A stretch of 63,876 nt of DNA, filler included, from Neoconidiobolus thromboides FSU 785 (GCA_025603075.1; 5 parts of 5 records of this genome joined end to end with filler, not necessarily neighbours in it), one strand, 5' to 3'. Numbered from the whole stretch's first letter, positions 51,579 through 63,679 are shown. Notes: a model not told the origin generated them from the sequence alone. Numbers and translations: made by a program.

Positions 51579-54500
51579 ATGTCTTATCAGGGCAGTTCTC
51601 ATTTCCCTCCACGTCCATCAGACATTGATGATCTTCATTTAGATATCGAGTCGGAAGTAGACTCTATTAGTAGTAAAAATACCAATAACACTCGAAGATA
51701 TAAAAAATATCGTCCAATAACTCAAAGTTTTTATGGTTTACATCATCATAAAACTCAACCTAAACCAGAATTTATGGAACATGCTAATAGTATTCGTAGT
51801 CAAACATTAGCATTAAATAATATCGGGTTAAAGCCATTAACAGGTGGTAATAATAACGAAGAGAATATTGACAATAAAAGCAATATAAATTTTGGATTAC
51901 CGTTAAAAACATATCATACATTAGATGGCACTGGCGATGATAATCTACCTTCTAATCATGAAGACGAAAATTATTTACAAACTACAAATTCAGGTTTATT
52001 ACAAGGCAATTTATCTAGATTATTGAGATACAAAAGTCAACAATTATATGATTCACAAGATACTGTAGATTCTAATAATAATGCTTATAGACCAAGTGAA
52101 AATTTTGGATTATTATTTTCAAAAAGAGCAAGTAGTTTATTTGATAATCAACCTTATTTAGAACAAATTGGAGAAAGAAGATCTTTATTGTCAAATTTAA
52201 ATGAAAATGAAAGTTATGAATATCATACATTTGAAGACAATAAAAGTATTATAGAAAATAAATTAGACAGTATGCCGGTACCAGATTATAAGAATATGAA
52301 TTGGAAAGATTATTGTTTATTACCACTTACTTTTTTCCCTCCAGTATTTTTAGGTTTAATTTTGAATTTTTTAAATGCAGTCTCTTACGGTAAATAATAT
52401 TAATTTATTTTATTATGTTATTTATATACATATATCAATTCTATTTATCTTAGGTATGATTATTTTCCCCACCCAAATTCCAATCTTTAAAGATTTTGGA
52501 CCAGACGGAGTAGCTATGTTTTTAGTTAGGTAAAATTAAAATTAAAACTTTATAATTCTATATTAAACATATTTTTATAGTACTGCTATATCACAATTTG
52601 TATATTCTGGATTTGGTTCTGGATTTCCATGTGCGGCTGGTGGATTTATGTTAGAAGTAGTACCATTTCTTCATATTATGTAATATTATTTTATTTAATA
52701 ACCATATCATTTATTTATATTAATTAAATTATTTCAATTTAGTGTAAATACAATTATTGAAGACATTGGTATTGAAAATGAAAAATCTGTTGTAGCAACT
52801 ACAATGATAGCTTATGCTTTATCTTCTATTGTTACGGGTATTGTTTTCTTTTTATTAGGTTATTTTAAGGTATAATAATAGTTATAGTTATTTATTATAG
52901 AGTAGAATATTAAATTTATTTTAGTTAGGTAATTTAGTTGGCTTTTTTCCAAGACATATATTAGTGGGTTGTATAGGTAATTAATGATAGATAATAATAG
53001 TAATTAATAAATAATAAAATAAATCCTATTTTAGGTGGAGTTGGTTATTTCTTATGTCAAACCGCTTTAGAAGTAGTTAGTGGAGTTAAATTAAACTATT
53101 TTGAATTAGAATGTTGGGTTAAATTTTTTGAGCCTAAAGCAATAGCATTATGGGGAACAAGTATCTGTTTAGCAGTAACTTTAAAATTATTACAACGTCG
53201 TATTAATTCCCCTATATTGCTACCATTTTTTTATATGATGGTGCCAGTAATATTTTTTACAATTGTTAATTTATTTCAATTAGATGTAGAACATTTAAGA
53301 CAAATTGGTTGGCTATTTCCTATTCCAGATACTTCAAAGCCATTTTATAATTTTTATTTACATTTTGATTTTTATAATACTTCTTGGTCTACCTTGCCAA
53401 AATTAGTACCTATAATGTTGGCCTTGACATTCTTTGGTATATTACATGTACCTATCAATGTCCCTGCTGTAGCAGTAACCACCAAAACAGATGTTTATGA
53501 TGTTAATGAAGAATTAATTGGTCATGGGTGGTCTAATTCAATTTCTGGTTTATTTGGTTCTTTACAAAATTATTTAATGTATTCAAGTTCTGTATTATTT
53601 TTTAAATCGGGTGGCAATGATCGATTTGCTGGTATGATGTTAGCAATAGCAACTACATTAATATGGACAGCAGGTCCTGGAGCAGTTGCGTTTATTCCTT
53701 GTATTGTATTAGGTTCCGTTATCTTTCATTTAGGTATGGAGTTATTTAAAGAAGGGGTTTATGAAACATATGGTGTTATGACTACATTAGAATATATAAC
53801 TATATGGATCATTGTAATTGCAATGGCATTATTAGGTTTTGTTGAGGGTGTATTTGTTGGTATTGCACTAGCATGTTTATTTTTCGTTTATTTATATTCT
53901 CAAAGAACACCAATAAGATCTTCTTATTCTGGTAGAGCAGCTAAAAGTACTGTTCGTCGAGTTTATAAACAAAGACAGTTTTTAGATCAAGCTTCCACTT
54001 TAATTCATGTTATTAAATTACAAGGTTTTATGTTTTTTGGTACAATCGATTCGGTTGAAGCTACTATTAGAGACTTAATTTCTGATCGTCAATGGTCTCA
54101 AAAGCCATTAAGTTTTTTAATCTTAGATTTAACCTTAGTGACTGGGGTGGATTTTTCAGCTGCTGAAGCTTTTATCCGTATTCGCCGTTTATTAACTGGT
54201 AAAAAAGTATTTATGATATTATGTGGTGTAACACCTGAATCCGATGTTGGTATGGCATTACATGCAGTTGGAATATGGGAAATTCAAGATGGATTATCCC
54301 AAACCTTTGAAACTTTAAATAATGCCTTGGAATGGTGTGAAAATAAATTATTGGAAGCGGCTTATATGAGACATTCCAATTCCACCGCCCCTGCTATTGA
54401 TGTTAGTAATAATCAATTAAGTAACTCTATGTTACCATTAGCAATGTCCAATTCACCAAGAACTGCACATTTGGATTTAGTAAGGAAAGAAACTTTAGTT

Positions 54501-54974
54501 ACGGATAATGGCATATCCGCTCATTTTCAACAACCATTAGCTTTATTAGTACAAATGTTTTCTGAAGCCCAACCAACGATTGATGAAGCAATCTTTAAGT
54601 TAGTCCCTTATTTTAAACATGCACTTAAAAATCGTGGAGAAACTTTATGGAATGATGGGGATCCAGCAGATTGTTTTTATATATTAGAGACTGGTTTATT
54701 AAAAGTTTACACTAAATTAGAAAACGGTAAAAATAAAATGATTGAATCGATTCTTCCTGGTGCTATGGTTGGGGAATTGGCATTGTTTACTAATCTACCT
54801 AGACCTTATACAGTAATCACAGACGATCATTGCTCTCTTTGGTGTTTAGATAGAGACGCTTTTGATAGCCTATCAAAAGATGAACCTGCTGTTTTAATAA
54901 GATTTATGCAATTGGCTTTGGCTTATTCAGTTCAGGAAATGAATATTTATACTTTGAATGTAATGGCATTATAA
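51579..54974 (+). CDS. VSB1: SLC26/SulP-family permease with STAS and C-terminal cNMP-binding domains (vacuolar basic amino-acid transporter-like)
   Basis: [67 protein letters not shown]; five introns near the 5' end. Confidence 0.92.
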
Positions 54975-55199
54975 ATCTAAAGATGCTTATTCATTCTTTT
55001 ATTCGAAATTATTATTTTGTATTCTTACCAATCTTATGTTATGTTACTATCGACCTTATATTGTATTCTTGTTATATTATATCGTTTAATAAAAGTATTA
55101 AATATCGATTTTTAATTAAAAATCAATTATCATATAAAAAATACAGATATATAATTCTACAAAGTAAACTTTAAAATAGGACATAAAATAGAATTAACT

Positions 55200-55900
55200 A
55201 CTTATATTGACTTCTACCCATACTTATCCAGCTTTTAGGACATTCTATATAATTAGCATTTTAATTCAATACATGAGGTTGATCTATACCTATCTATTTT
55301 CTTTATAAACCACTGCTCTCATTGGACCTCACTTTACATCCAGTCCTTTAAATTCTATTAACTTGAACAATTTTTTCAAAAATAGCTTCAGTGATCGGTT
55401 CTATTTATTATTAAGCTTTTATCGGTTGTAAAGGGGTGAGATACTAGTTTTTTTAAAATACTAATAGTCCCCTTTACTCAAAAAGAGTTGAGGTGATCAA
55501 TTGTAGATTTTACTTATAATATATGACCTCCAATTGATATTTTTAGTTGGATAATCTTTTATGGAATTATTAGCTGTCATCATTGATATACAAAATTTAC
55601 AATCACAACCGACTCCTTACACTATATCTGTAACCTAATATTACAATCATATTACTTTAATACCCGCTACACTATTTCCTGTCTTCACACGGCTTATAGT
55701 TAAAAGTTACCCTGTTTTCCTCGTATACATCATTCGCGCAAACCATCAATTCATCCCCAAATAACCCTCTGCCTCTTAAGTCACCTACCTTTCTCGTTAT
55801 CCTCTAACACTTTGACTTTATTCGATAGTCTTTCTACTTTTCGCTTTACCAATGCTTGACAAGTTTACTAGTCTATTTCCTGCTTTACAAAAACATGTGA
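55200..55900. mobile_element. Possible non-LTR retroelement relic
   Basis: GC-richer, purine-rich on minus strand, many stops; no certain motif. Confidence 0.3.
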
Positions 55901-56201
55901 GCGTAGGTCACCAGTTTTTTACTTTTTAACATAATAGCTATCTAAAGTAGTTACTGCTATTTAACACTTTAGAACAAATGAACCAAATTTAAATAGAATA
56001 TCTAAAAAACAGTTATTAAAGATAAGCTCGTTAAGAATATTGTTATAAGTCATAATTTAAAAATTCATTATAAAAGCTCAATTAATACCGATCTTTTTGT
56101 TTCCTAATAAAAAAATATCAATAATAAAAAATCATAATCAATTTAAAAAAAACTAAAAATGGTAAAAAAAAACAATTTACTACTTCTTTTAAAAAAAGAA
56201 T

Positions 56202-56794
56202 TTAAAGGTCTTGAATAGATTTAAGAGTTTCTTCAAGTTCGGCTTTAGCAGCTTTAATCTCTTCAGTTAAAGTTTCATGTTTTTCTTCAGCTTCATCTCT
56301 TTTAGCTTCAGCACCTTCTACTTCTTTTTCAAGGTTTTCACATTTAGCGTCAACATCAGATAATCTGAATAAATTAAGTTTCTTATAAACAAAAACAAAC
56401 ACACTAAATAAAAAACACTTACTTCTTTTCAGCTTCTTCTAATTTCTTAGTAGTAGCGTCCAATTCAGCTTTGACACTAGCTAATTTACGAGACAATGCG
56501 TCACTTTGACTTTTTGTTTGATCAACTTCCTCTTTAGTAGCTTTAGAACTTAAGATACTTTCATGATTGTTCTCAATCTTTTCATCAAGCTCTTGAACTT
56601 TATCACTTAACTCTTGAATCTCTTTTTCTTGCTCGGATTGAATACGTTCAGCATCTAATAAGTCTGCTTCACTCTTATCAGCTCGTACTTGACTTTCTTC
56701 AACTAATTTTTTAAGGCTATTGAGTTTCTAGATAAAGAAGAATTAGTGAATGAAGATTTTATACAAATTGACTTACTTCTCTGAGTTGTTCCAT
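56202..56794 (-). CDS. TPM1: Tropomyosin
   Basis: MEQLRE/KLNSLK... continuous heptad coiled coil of about 160 aa ending ELEETLKSIQDL*; two introns. Confidence 0.9.
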
Positions 56795-57325
56795 TATCTA
56801 TAAATTAATTTCTTTAAAAAATAAAAACTGAAAATTAGAATGCCCCTCCTTTATGACGAAAACAAATCATATTGCAACAAACCATTTTGAATGGTAGCGT
56901 TTTATTGGCTCTTTTTCTAATGGGTAAAATTGAACTAATTTTTTTAGAATTTTTGAAATTTGTATTTAATATTATATACATTGAATTTTTTTATTTCATA
57001 ATATAGATAAATTTAATCTCAGTATATACTGGTATCTTTAATACTTTACATTTTTTCAATTTTTTAAAAAATTGTTGCAGATATTTTCTATTGAGGTTTT
57101 TAAAATAAAAACTTTATTTACTTTAATGTTGCAAAATAAATGAAGGTTCATAAATTGAGTGAAATAACTTGGGTTGATCTTACAATATTAGTATATCAAA
57201 ACTAAAATACAAGTTTTTATATAGTTTAATTAATTTGCGTATATCTGTAACTCTCTTTAAGTCTGTTCTTTTGATGTCTTTTACAAAATAAAAAAATTTA
57301 AAAAAGTATTAAATAGTTTTCTCGA

Positions 57326-57426
57326 TATGAAAGGGTGTTTTTTTGGCTTCATTGCCTTTTCCATCTCTTAAGCGCTATTTGAGTGGAAAGATTACTAGTG
57401 AAGTTCTTAAATGAAAAAATCCTTCA
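57326..57426 (-). mobile_element. MITE family A copy
   Basis: GGGTGTTTTTTTGGCTTC...AAGCGCTATTTGAGTGGAAAG...AAAAAATCCTTCA. Confidence 0.82.
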
Positions 57427-57489
57427 ATTTTATTATAATAATTCACTATTTCAGGTCTAATAAGTTTACATTGTATCTTGTAAGAATTA

Positions 57490-58465
57490 TGACATTCAAA
57501 ACCTACATCGCATAGTTCTTCAATAATATTTGATATCTGTTTAAATCAAATTTTTTGTATATTTGGTGATAAAGAAACAGATTTTAACAATTTAAACGAT
57601 AGCGCTTTGATACACCCTCCCCTTAAAGTTGATAGCTTTATAAAATCAATAGCAATTTTATTAATTTTACCAAAATGTCCTAAAACAGTAACTTTATCAC
57701 TTTTAAGTAAATTTGAATTATTATGATCGTTTCTTTCGAAATAACCAAGAACGCTACCAATGGATTTTATACTCTTCAATTTGTCTAAATCCTCCAGATA
57801 TTGAATAATAGTACTGTTGATTCCCATTTCAACCTTGATTCTAAGTTGAAGCTAAAATTTATACTACAGTTGAATTTAGTAAGAGTGATAACAGCTCCTT
57901 TAGAATTCAAGTGTAATGCTTTTAGTATGGTGAAATTTGCTTTAAGATTATCCAATGTGTTGAAGTTTATAAATCTTGTGGATACTGATTTAAATATTTT
58001 TAATACCTTTGAGTCCAAATATTTAACTGCTTCTTTAGTATACATCTTCTTTCCATCAAGTTCAAGCTTTTATATCTAGTTTAAATAATTAGAAAGCAGA
58101 TTCAATGAACGTAAATATCTATCATAAATCATTGTTGTCTTTTTTAGTTTCAGCAATAAAGAATTTAGACTACTATATCAATATTTTTACCCTTGGTGGT
58201 TCGCTTATCATGATAATTTGAAGACCCAATATTTATACGATCAACTAATACATAAGAGTCTTAGTATTTAACTTCATATGTCTCATTGACAATCGGTCCT
58301 ATTTAATAAACTTTTACTGATATTCTTCATAACCATTGTATTCACCAGAGTTAAGCACGGAACATATCAAATATATTTAATCATATGGTTTACGTTTTTA
58401 AATAACAGATTATTTAAAAAACATAAATTTTATTTCTGATATGGGGTTGTCCCAATTGGTTTCAG
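57490..58465 (-). pseudogene. Intronless F-box/LRR-like family member, decayed
   Basis: FLNNLLFKNVNH, EAVKYLDSKVLK, LKSIKSI...VTVLGH...LLKSVSLSPNIQKI match the paralogues; stops and frameshifts. Confidence 0.75.
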
Positions 58466-58479
58466 AATTTACTTAGAAG

Positions 58480-58511
58480 TGTGAAATCTGGTACTCAGGG
58501 TTTGGAGTCAA
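58480..58511 (+). mobile_element. LTR family B 5' end, cut by gap
   Basis: TGTGAAATCTGGTACTCAGGGTTTGGAGTCAA. Confidence 0.8.
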
Positions 58512-58611
58512 NNNNNNNNNNNNNNNNNNNNNNNNNNNNNNNNNNNNNNNNNNNNTTAATTAATTAANNNNNNNNNNNNNNNNNNNNNNNNNNNNNNNNN
58601 NNNNNNNNNNN
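58512..58611. other. Artificial contig spacer
   Basis: 44 N + TTAATTAATTAA + 44 N. Confidence 0.97.
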
Positions 58612-58816
58612 TAAACTTAAGATTGAGCTGGTTGGCTATATTTTCTAAATACTTTACAGTACCATTATAATTTGGATTTGGATGAGAAGTATCAAATTTT
58701 AAGAAGCCAACCAAATTTTTAATGGCCAACTGATGATGCTTAGGCTTATTTTCAAATCTCTTTTGAGATGCTATTGTCTGCCCTAATAATAATAAAATCA
58801 GATTGAGCACCTTCAT
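58612..58816 (-). CDS. ACY1: Aminoacylase-1 (M20A) 5' fragment with signal peptide
   Basis: MKVLNLILLLLGQTIAS signal-like leader; FLKFDTSHPNPNYNGTVKYLENIANQLNL matches the ACY1 N-terminus; runs into gap. Confidence 0.8.
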
Positions 58817-59983
58817 TTTTAAATATTATAAAAAAACAATTTGATTTTTTAGAGAACATCAATTATTGCATTTATACTCTAAATTAAGTAAAGCATATAA
58901 CATCATAGTGAATAAAAATAAGTAGCATATTTTAATCATAACTGTTGTAGTTTTTTTGAGAACTAGTTAGCGGTATTTTTAAAATTAAGTTATTTCTCTA
59001 CCTGATTTTTTAAACTCTAATCCATATACTTTTTATATTTTAGTACAAGCTTTACTCTTAATTGAGACGTTTATTGATTCGCAAAAGAGTTGCAACAGCA
59101 TAAATCATAAAGACAGAGTAAAATATTCTGAAAAAATTGGGTTTGATTTATTAATTAGACATTTTTCAAGAGTGGAAAACACTCAATTAACTTTACTATA
59201 TTATTAGATCAGTCTATAAATAAATTCTACTTAGAGGGAAAATCAATAGCTGCAACAGCAGTTTTTTTTGAAACTTTTAATGTTTATTTTGTTCAGAATT
59301 TATTTGTCAAAAAAGTAATTTTTACCATCATAATCATGTATATACATATCCCCTACGAGCTTTTTTGCAAAGAATTGAAAATCATGAATCAACCTAATAA
59401 TTTAAACTATTCAATTTTTTAGTGTAAAAATCTTAAATAATTGTTCTAATTTGTATTTTTTCTAAATAAACAGTATCCATAAAAAAATGAAGCGGAGTAG
59501 AAAAGGAAGTTTTAGAAACATTGGCCATAAGCTTGCCTTTAACTGTTTGGTTAAGATTTTTGACTAATAATTCAATCAACTTTTAATAGATTCTACAATC
59601 ATAGTTACTACTTAAAATAGATGTGATTAAATTTAAAATCAAACTATTAAATGGCTTTACTATGATACTATCTCGTGACTTTTTATTTCGATTTTTTTAT
59701 ATTATTTACTATTGATAATAATAAAACTTTAGCTTAAATTGTAACTAATTATTTATAAGCTACTTAAAGTAATCATAAAGTCATTTAGATATAAGCTTTA
59801 TAAATTTAATTTAGATAGTATGTCATTTAGCTATATTTTGCTAAAGTATCTTTTGAGTATATCTTTATGAGTCATATACTTGCTATACACAACTGATAAT
59901 TAATGGACATATTCATTATAAAAATGAAAGTAAACAATAAAGCAAATTTATACAACACCTAATATTTAGGGCAGTAGAAATAC

Positions 59984-59991
59984 TATAAATA
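59984..59991 (+). promoter_or_regulatory. Putative TATA box of the subtilisin pseudogene
   Basis: TATAAATA about 70 nt upstream of ATG 60060. Confidence 0.4.
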
Positions 59992-60059
59992 TATAGATTA
60001 AGAAGACATTCTAGTATTAAAAAATCAAATTGAATAATCCAATATAATCAAAATACGTA

Positions 60060-61220
60060 ATGGAAGTATTTATTATCTTTGCTGCTACATCTTCTCTCCT
60101 TGCCTGAGTGTTCGCTGACCTCGCACCACTACACAAGAATGGAAAAACCATTGGCGGAAGTTATTTAGTCACCTTGAAGCGCAATATTCGTATAGCTATG
60201 GATGCTCATATTAGGTAAGTACAAGAGCTCTTCACTGACCGTGGTGGAGCCAATAAAATTGAAAATGTCTTCAAGCACATTAAAAATACTTATCATATTC
60301 GTCTAACTTCTTCAGTCTTAGAAAAGGTATATAGCTTACCAGAAGTTGCTTTTGTTGAAGCTGATGCTGAAATTAAACTCCATGCCATTGAAAATAATGC
60401 TCCATGAGGTCTTGCGCGTATCTCTCAAAATACTTCCACTGATAAATCCACTTATAACTATGATGGCGATGGCTCAGGTGTAACAGTATACCTTATCAAT
60501 GCTGGTATCCTTACTACTCATCCTGAATTTGAAGGACGTGCTCGTTTTGGTGCCAGATTTGCTGGTAACAATAATAATGATGAAAACGGACATGATACTC
60601 ATTGTGCCGGTACTATTGCATCTAGAACTTATGGGGTCTCAAAAAATGTCAGCCTTTTTGCTGTGAAGGCATTTGATGCCAGTGGTTCAGGTAGTACTTC
60701 AGGAATTATCTCAGCTATTGAATGGGCTGTTAATGACAAAAGTGGCATAAACGGGAACGTCATTAGTATGTCGCTTGGTGGTGATAAATCCGATACCCTT
60801 AACAATGCCATCGAATCAGCTTATCAAAGTAGATTTGTAGTTGTCGTAGCTGCTGGCAATGAAAGTCAAGATGCATGCAACGTATCCCCAGCTTCATCGC
60901 CAAATAGCATTACTGTTTATGCCTCCGATATTGATGACAACTTCGCATCTTTCTCCAATTATGGTCAATGTGTTGCTGTTATTGCCCCTGGTGTGGACAT
61001 CTTATCTACTTGGAATAATGGCGATACTAACACTATCTCTGGTGCCTCTATGGCTACCCCACATGTTGCTAGACCCTCTGCTTATTTCCTTTCAAAAGAA
61101 TCATTGACCAACACCCAAGTGAAAGACAAAATCGTTAGTCTTGCTACCCAAAATATCATAAATAATCCAGGAACCGGTACTCCTAACTTTTTAGCTTTTA
61201 ATGGGTACGGCTCAAACTAA
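60060..61220 (+). pseudogene. Proteinase K-like subtilisin (S8A) with I9 propeptide, inactivated
   Basis: One 387-codon frame with stops at 60105, 60216 and 60405; AP*GLARIS, INAG (for IDTG), GHDTH (for GHGTH), AAGN, GASMATPHV. Confidence 0.92.
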
Positions 61221-61392
61221 AATGAAAATTGTTTAATATCAATAATACTGTTTTCAAATATTTATACTAAATTTAAATTAGTTCAATAATAGTTACATAG
61301 AAATCTATTAAATTCAACAATAGACTAATATGTTTGGTTTGTTAATACACTGAAGTTAAATACCCATTTGTTTGAATCTTTAGCAGCTATCA

Positions 61393-61494
61393 TATGGGAG
61401 TATTTTTTTTGGCTTCATTACTTTCTCTATCTTTTAAGTACTATTAGGCAGAAAAATTGTTAGTAAAATTCTCAAACAAAAATACATCCCCATA
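61393..61494 (-). mobile_element. MITE family A copy
   Basis: TATGGGAGTATTTTTTTTGGCTTC...AAAATACATCCCCATA. Confidence 0.88.
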
Positions 61495-62076
61495 TAGTTG
61501 ATACAAACCTAGGGAGTAGCTTAAACACTTAAATTTGTTTTTCTTATTTTATTTAATAAAAAATAACTATTAATGTGTAAAATAACTTGAAATACACTTA
61601 CTGAATAATTATAGTTTTATAATTATTCATAAAAACAAGTTCCCTAAAAATAAAATAAAAACAAGTATTTTAAAATGTTATTGAATATAATAAAACAAAA
61701 AAATTTATAGGTCTATTTTAATTCAACTAACTTATGTCAATTTTGAATTCCTTTGGGATCTTACGGTTGAGGTTATTGTTATTTTCAAGAACTCTATAAA
61801 AATCATGTCAGACCTGTGTATTATCAATACGAATTTATGCTTGTATAAATATTAAAATAAAACAATCTCTATCTTCAAAGAGGCTACCTCAAATTATGTA
61901 TAAGTAAGTTCGAGAAAAATAGCACAAAGCCACTTTTTATCATAACTTTTATAATATCATATATATACTTAAATAGATTTAAAAAATATAGTTAATACAT
62001 TGTTAAGTAATGTAATTATAATATCAAGCTTCATTAAGATTTATTTTTTTGAGAATAATTAACGCATTATAACAAT

Positions 62077-62435
62077 TTATGACAATTGAAACAACGAAGG
62101 TAAACAATGAATATAAAAGTCTAAACCTTTAAGGAATGAATCAATACGAATATACTCATCATTTGCATGTGCTAAAACTGGGTGATTATTAATTGGAGTC
62201 AAGCCGATTGCATGGATTCCGTAGGCTCTCAAATGGCGTGAATCAGTAGCAGCAGGGAATATACCGGGCGTTAAGGGAAGGCCACTATTAATTGGTTAAT
62301 TTAAAACTTAGTATGTTAAGCAAATCTTACAATTCTTCTGCTTTTTTCTTCAAATTTTCCCAGAATGGATTTCCTTCCAATACAGTAGAATATGGTTCAT
62401 CTTTTGAAATTTGTTCATAAGTTACATTGGCTTCT
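62077..62435 (-). CDS. ACY1: Aminoacylase-1 (M20A) 3' fragment
   Basis: NPFWE.../GIFPAATDSRHLRAYGIHAIGLTPINNHPVLAHANDEYI; one intron; TAA 62077-62079. Confidence 0.9.
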
Positions 62436-62535
62436 NNNNNNNNNNNNNNNNNNNNNNNNNNNNNNNNNNNNNNNNNNNNTTAATTAATTAANNNNNNNNN
62501 NNNNNNNNNNNNNNNNNNNNNNNNNNNNNNNNNNN
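62436..62535. other. Artificial contig spacer
   Basis: 44 N + TTAATTAATTAA + 44 N. Confidence 0.97.
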
Positions 62536-62675
62536 TATAGCATGTAACCTATTACATGCTATTCCTCATAATACAAGTCTATCTTAGTCACATAAACTAA
62601 GACCTTTCGACTTACAGTATATTCAACCAACAAATAGTTATTTTTGACTCCAATCACTGAATACCAGATTTCACA
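62536..62675 (-). mobile_element. LTR family B 5' part, cut by gap
   Basis: Reverse complement TGTGAAATCTGGTATTCAG...GTCGAAAGGTCTTAGTTTATGTGACTAAGATAGACTTG. Confidence 0.85.
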
Positions 62676-62840
62676 CTCCATATTTATTTCAAAAAACTAG
62701 TCGTTATTGAATTATAAATTATATAAATTATTTTATGTTTCGGTTTGTATATTAAATATAAGCCAGCTAAAAAAATATAAAATACTTTATTTTATTTTAC
62801 ATTAAGCACGTATAATCAAACTTTAATTATATGTTATGAT

Positions 62841-62942
62841 TTGGGGATGTATTTTTGTATTTAACAATTTTATTAACACCTTTTCCGCCCAAATAGTGCT
62901 TGAAAGATGGAAAAATTAATGAAGCCAAAAAAACATCTCCAT
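62841..62942 (+). mobile_element. MITE family A copy
   Basis: TGGGGATGTATTTTTG...AAAAAAACATCTCCA. Confidence 0.88.
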
Positions 62943-63001
62943 TTGCTAGTTTTATATTAATATACCAACTTTTCAAATTACAGTACCGTTAACATACAGC
63001 A

Positions 63002-63103
63002 TATGAGGTTTTTTTTTTTGATTTCACTTTTTCCATTTTTCGAGTGCTATTTGAGCAGAAAGATTGTTAGTAGAATTCTTAAACAAAAAAATACATCCCC
63101 GTA
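63002..63103 (-). mobile_element. MITE family A copy, inverted relative to previous
   Basis: TATGAGGTTTTTTTTTTTGATTTC...AAATACATCCCCGTA. Confidence 0.85.
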
Positions 63104-63679
63104 TAATTATATATTTCAAAAAATCTAGTTTTAAAAAGATAAAAGGAACTTAAATAACTAAAAATAAATTTAATGATCAGTTAATTTAAATATAGGTAAA
63201 AATCAATATTAAATTTAAAAGCTTGGTTAAAGTTAATAATAAAATTTTCTAAGTCATATTTTATTCTCATTTTTTGTATAACAAAATTATAAAACGACCA
63301 TTAATAAAATGGATAAAAAAGATGCTTTAATGTAAATTATTTTAAGCAAAAAGCAAAGAATTTTATAGCATTTAATGCTCAATTTGCACTTTTTACTAAA
63401 AATTAAGTCAGATAGGATTCAAACCAAGCTTTTAAGCTAACTTGTATAAATTAGTTTTAAAAAAGCACTTAAAAATAGCACCAAGTCTAAAGCTCCTTTT
63501 AATTTCAAAAATTTTATTATAGTAAAACAATGTTTAATAGTATTAATGACTAGAACTTATATATAAAAAACCAAAAATCATTACTAATTTAATTATATTA
63601 ATTAATGCAATAAATAATAAAATTATATTTTAGCATTTTTTAAAATTTTAATAAATATAATTTTAAGCAAAAAGATAAC

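Noticed and set aside
60211-60222. AG|GTAAGT in the subtilisin propeptide as an intron donor rescuing the TAA
   Set aside because: The I9 propeptide reads collinearly without removing sequence, and other lesions remain.
2338-60407. UGA reassigned to Trp (two TGAs at conserved Trp; none of about 20 gene ends read here uses TGA)
   Set aside because: TGG is used for Trp throughout, TGG->TGA is a single common transition, and the subtilisin also has a TAA stop and a lost catalytic Asp. TAA dominance is expected in AT-rich DNA. A genome-wide stop-codon count would settle it.
33159-61107. Short overlapping or antisense ORFs in the track (e.g. 33159, 33338, 43116, 49183, 57801, 60629, 60859)
   Set aside because: Shadows of real genes in other frames, with no independent motifs.
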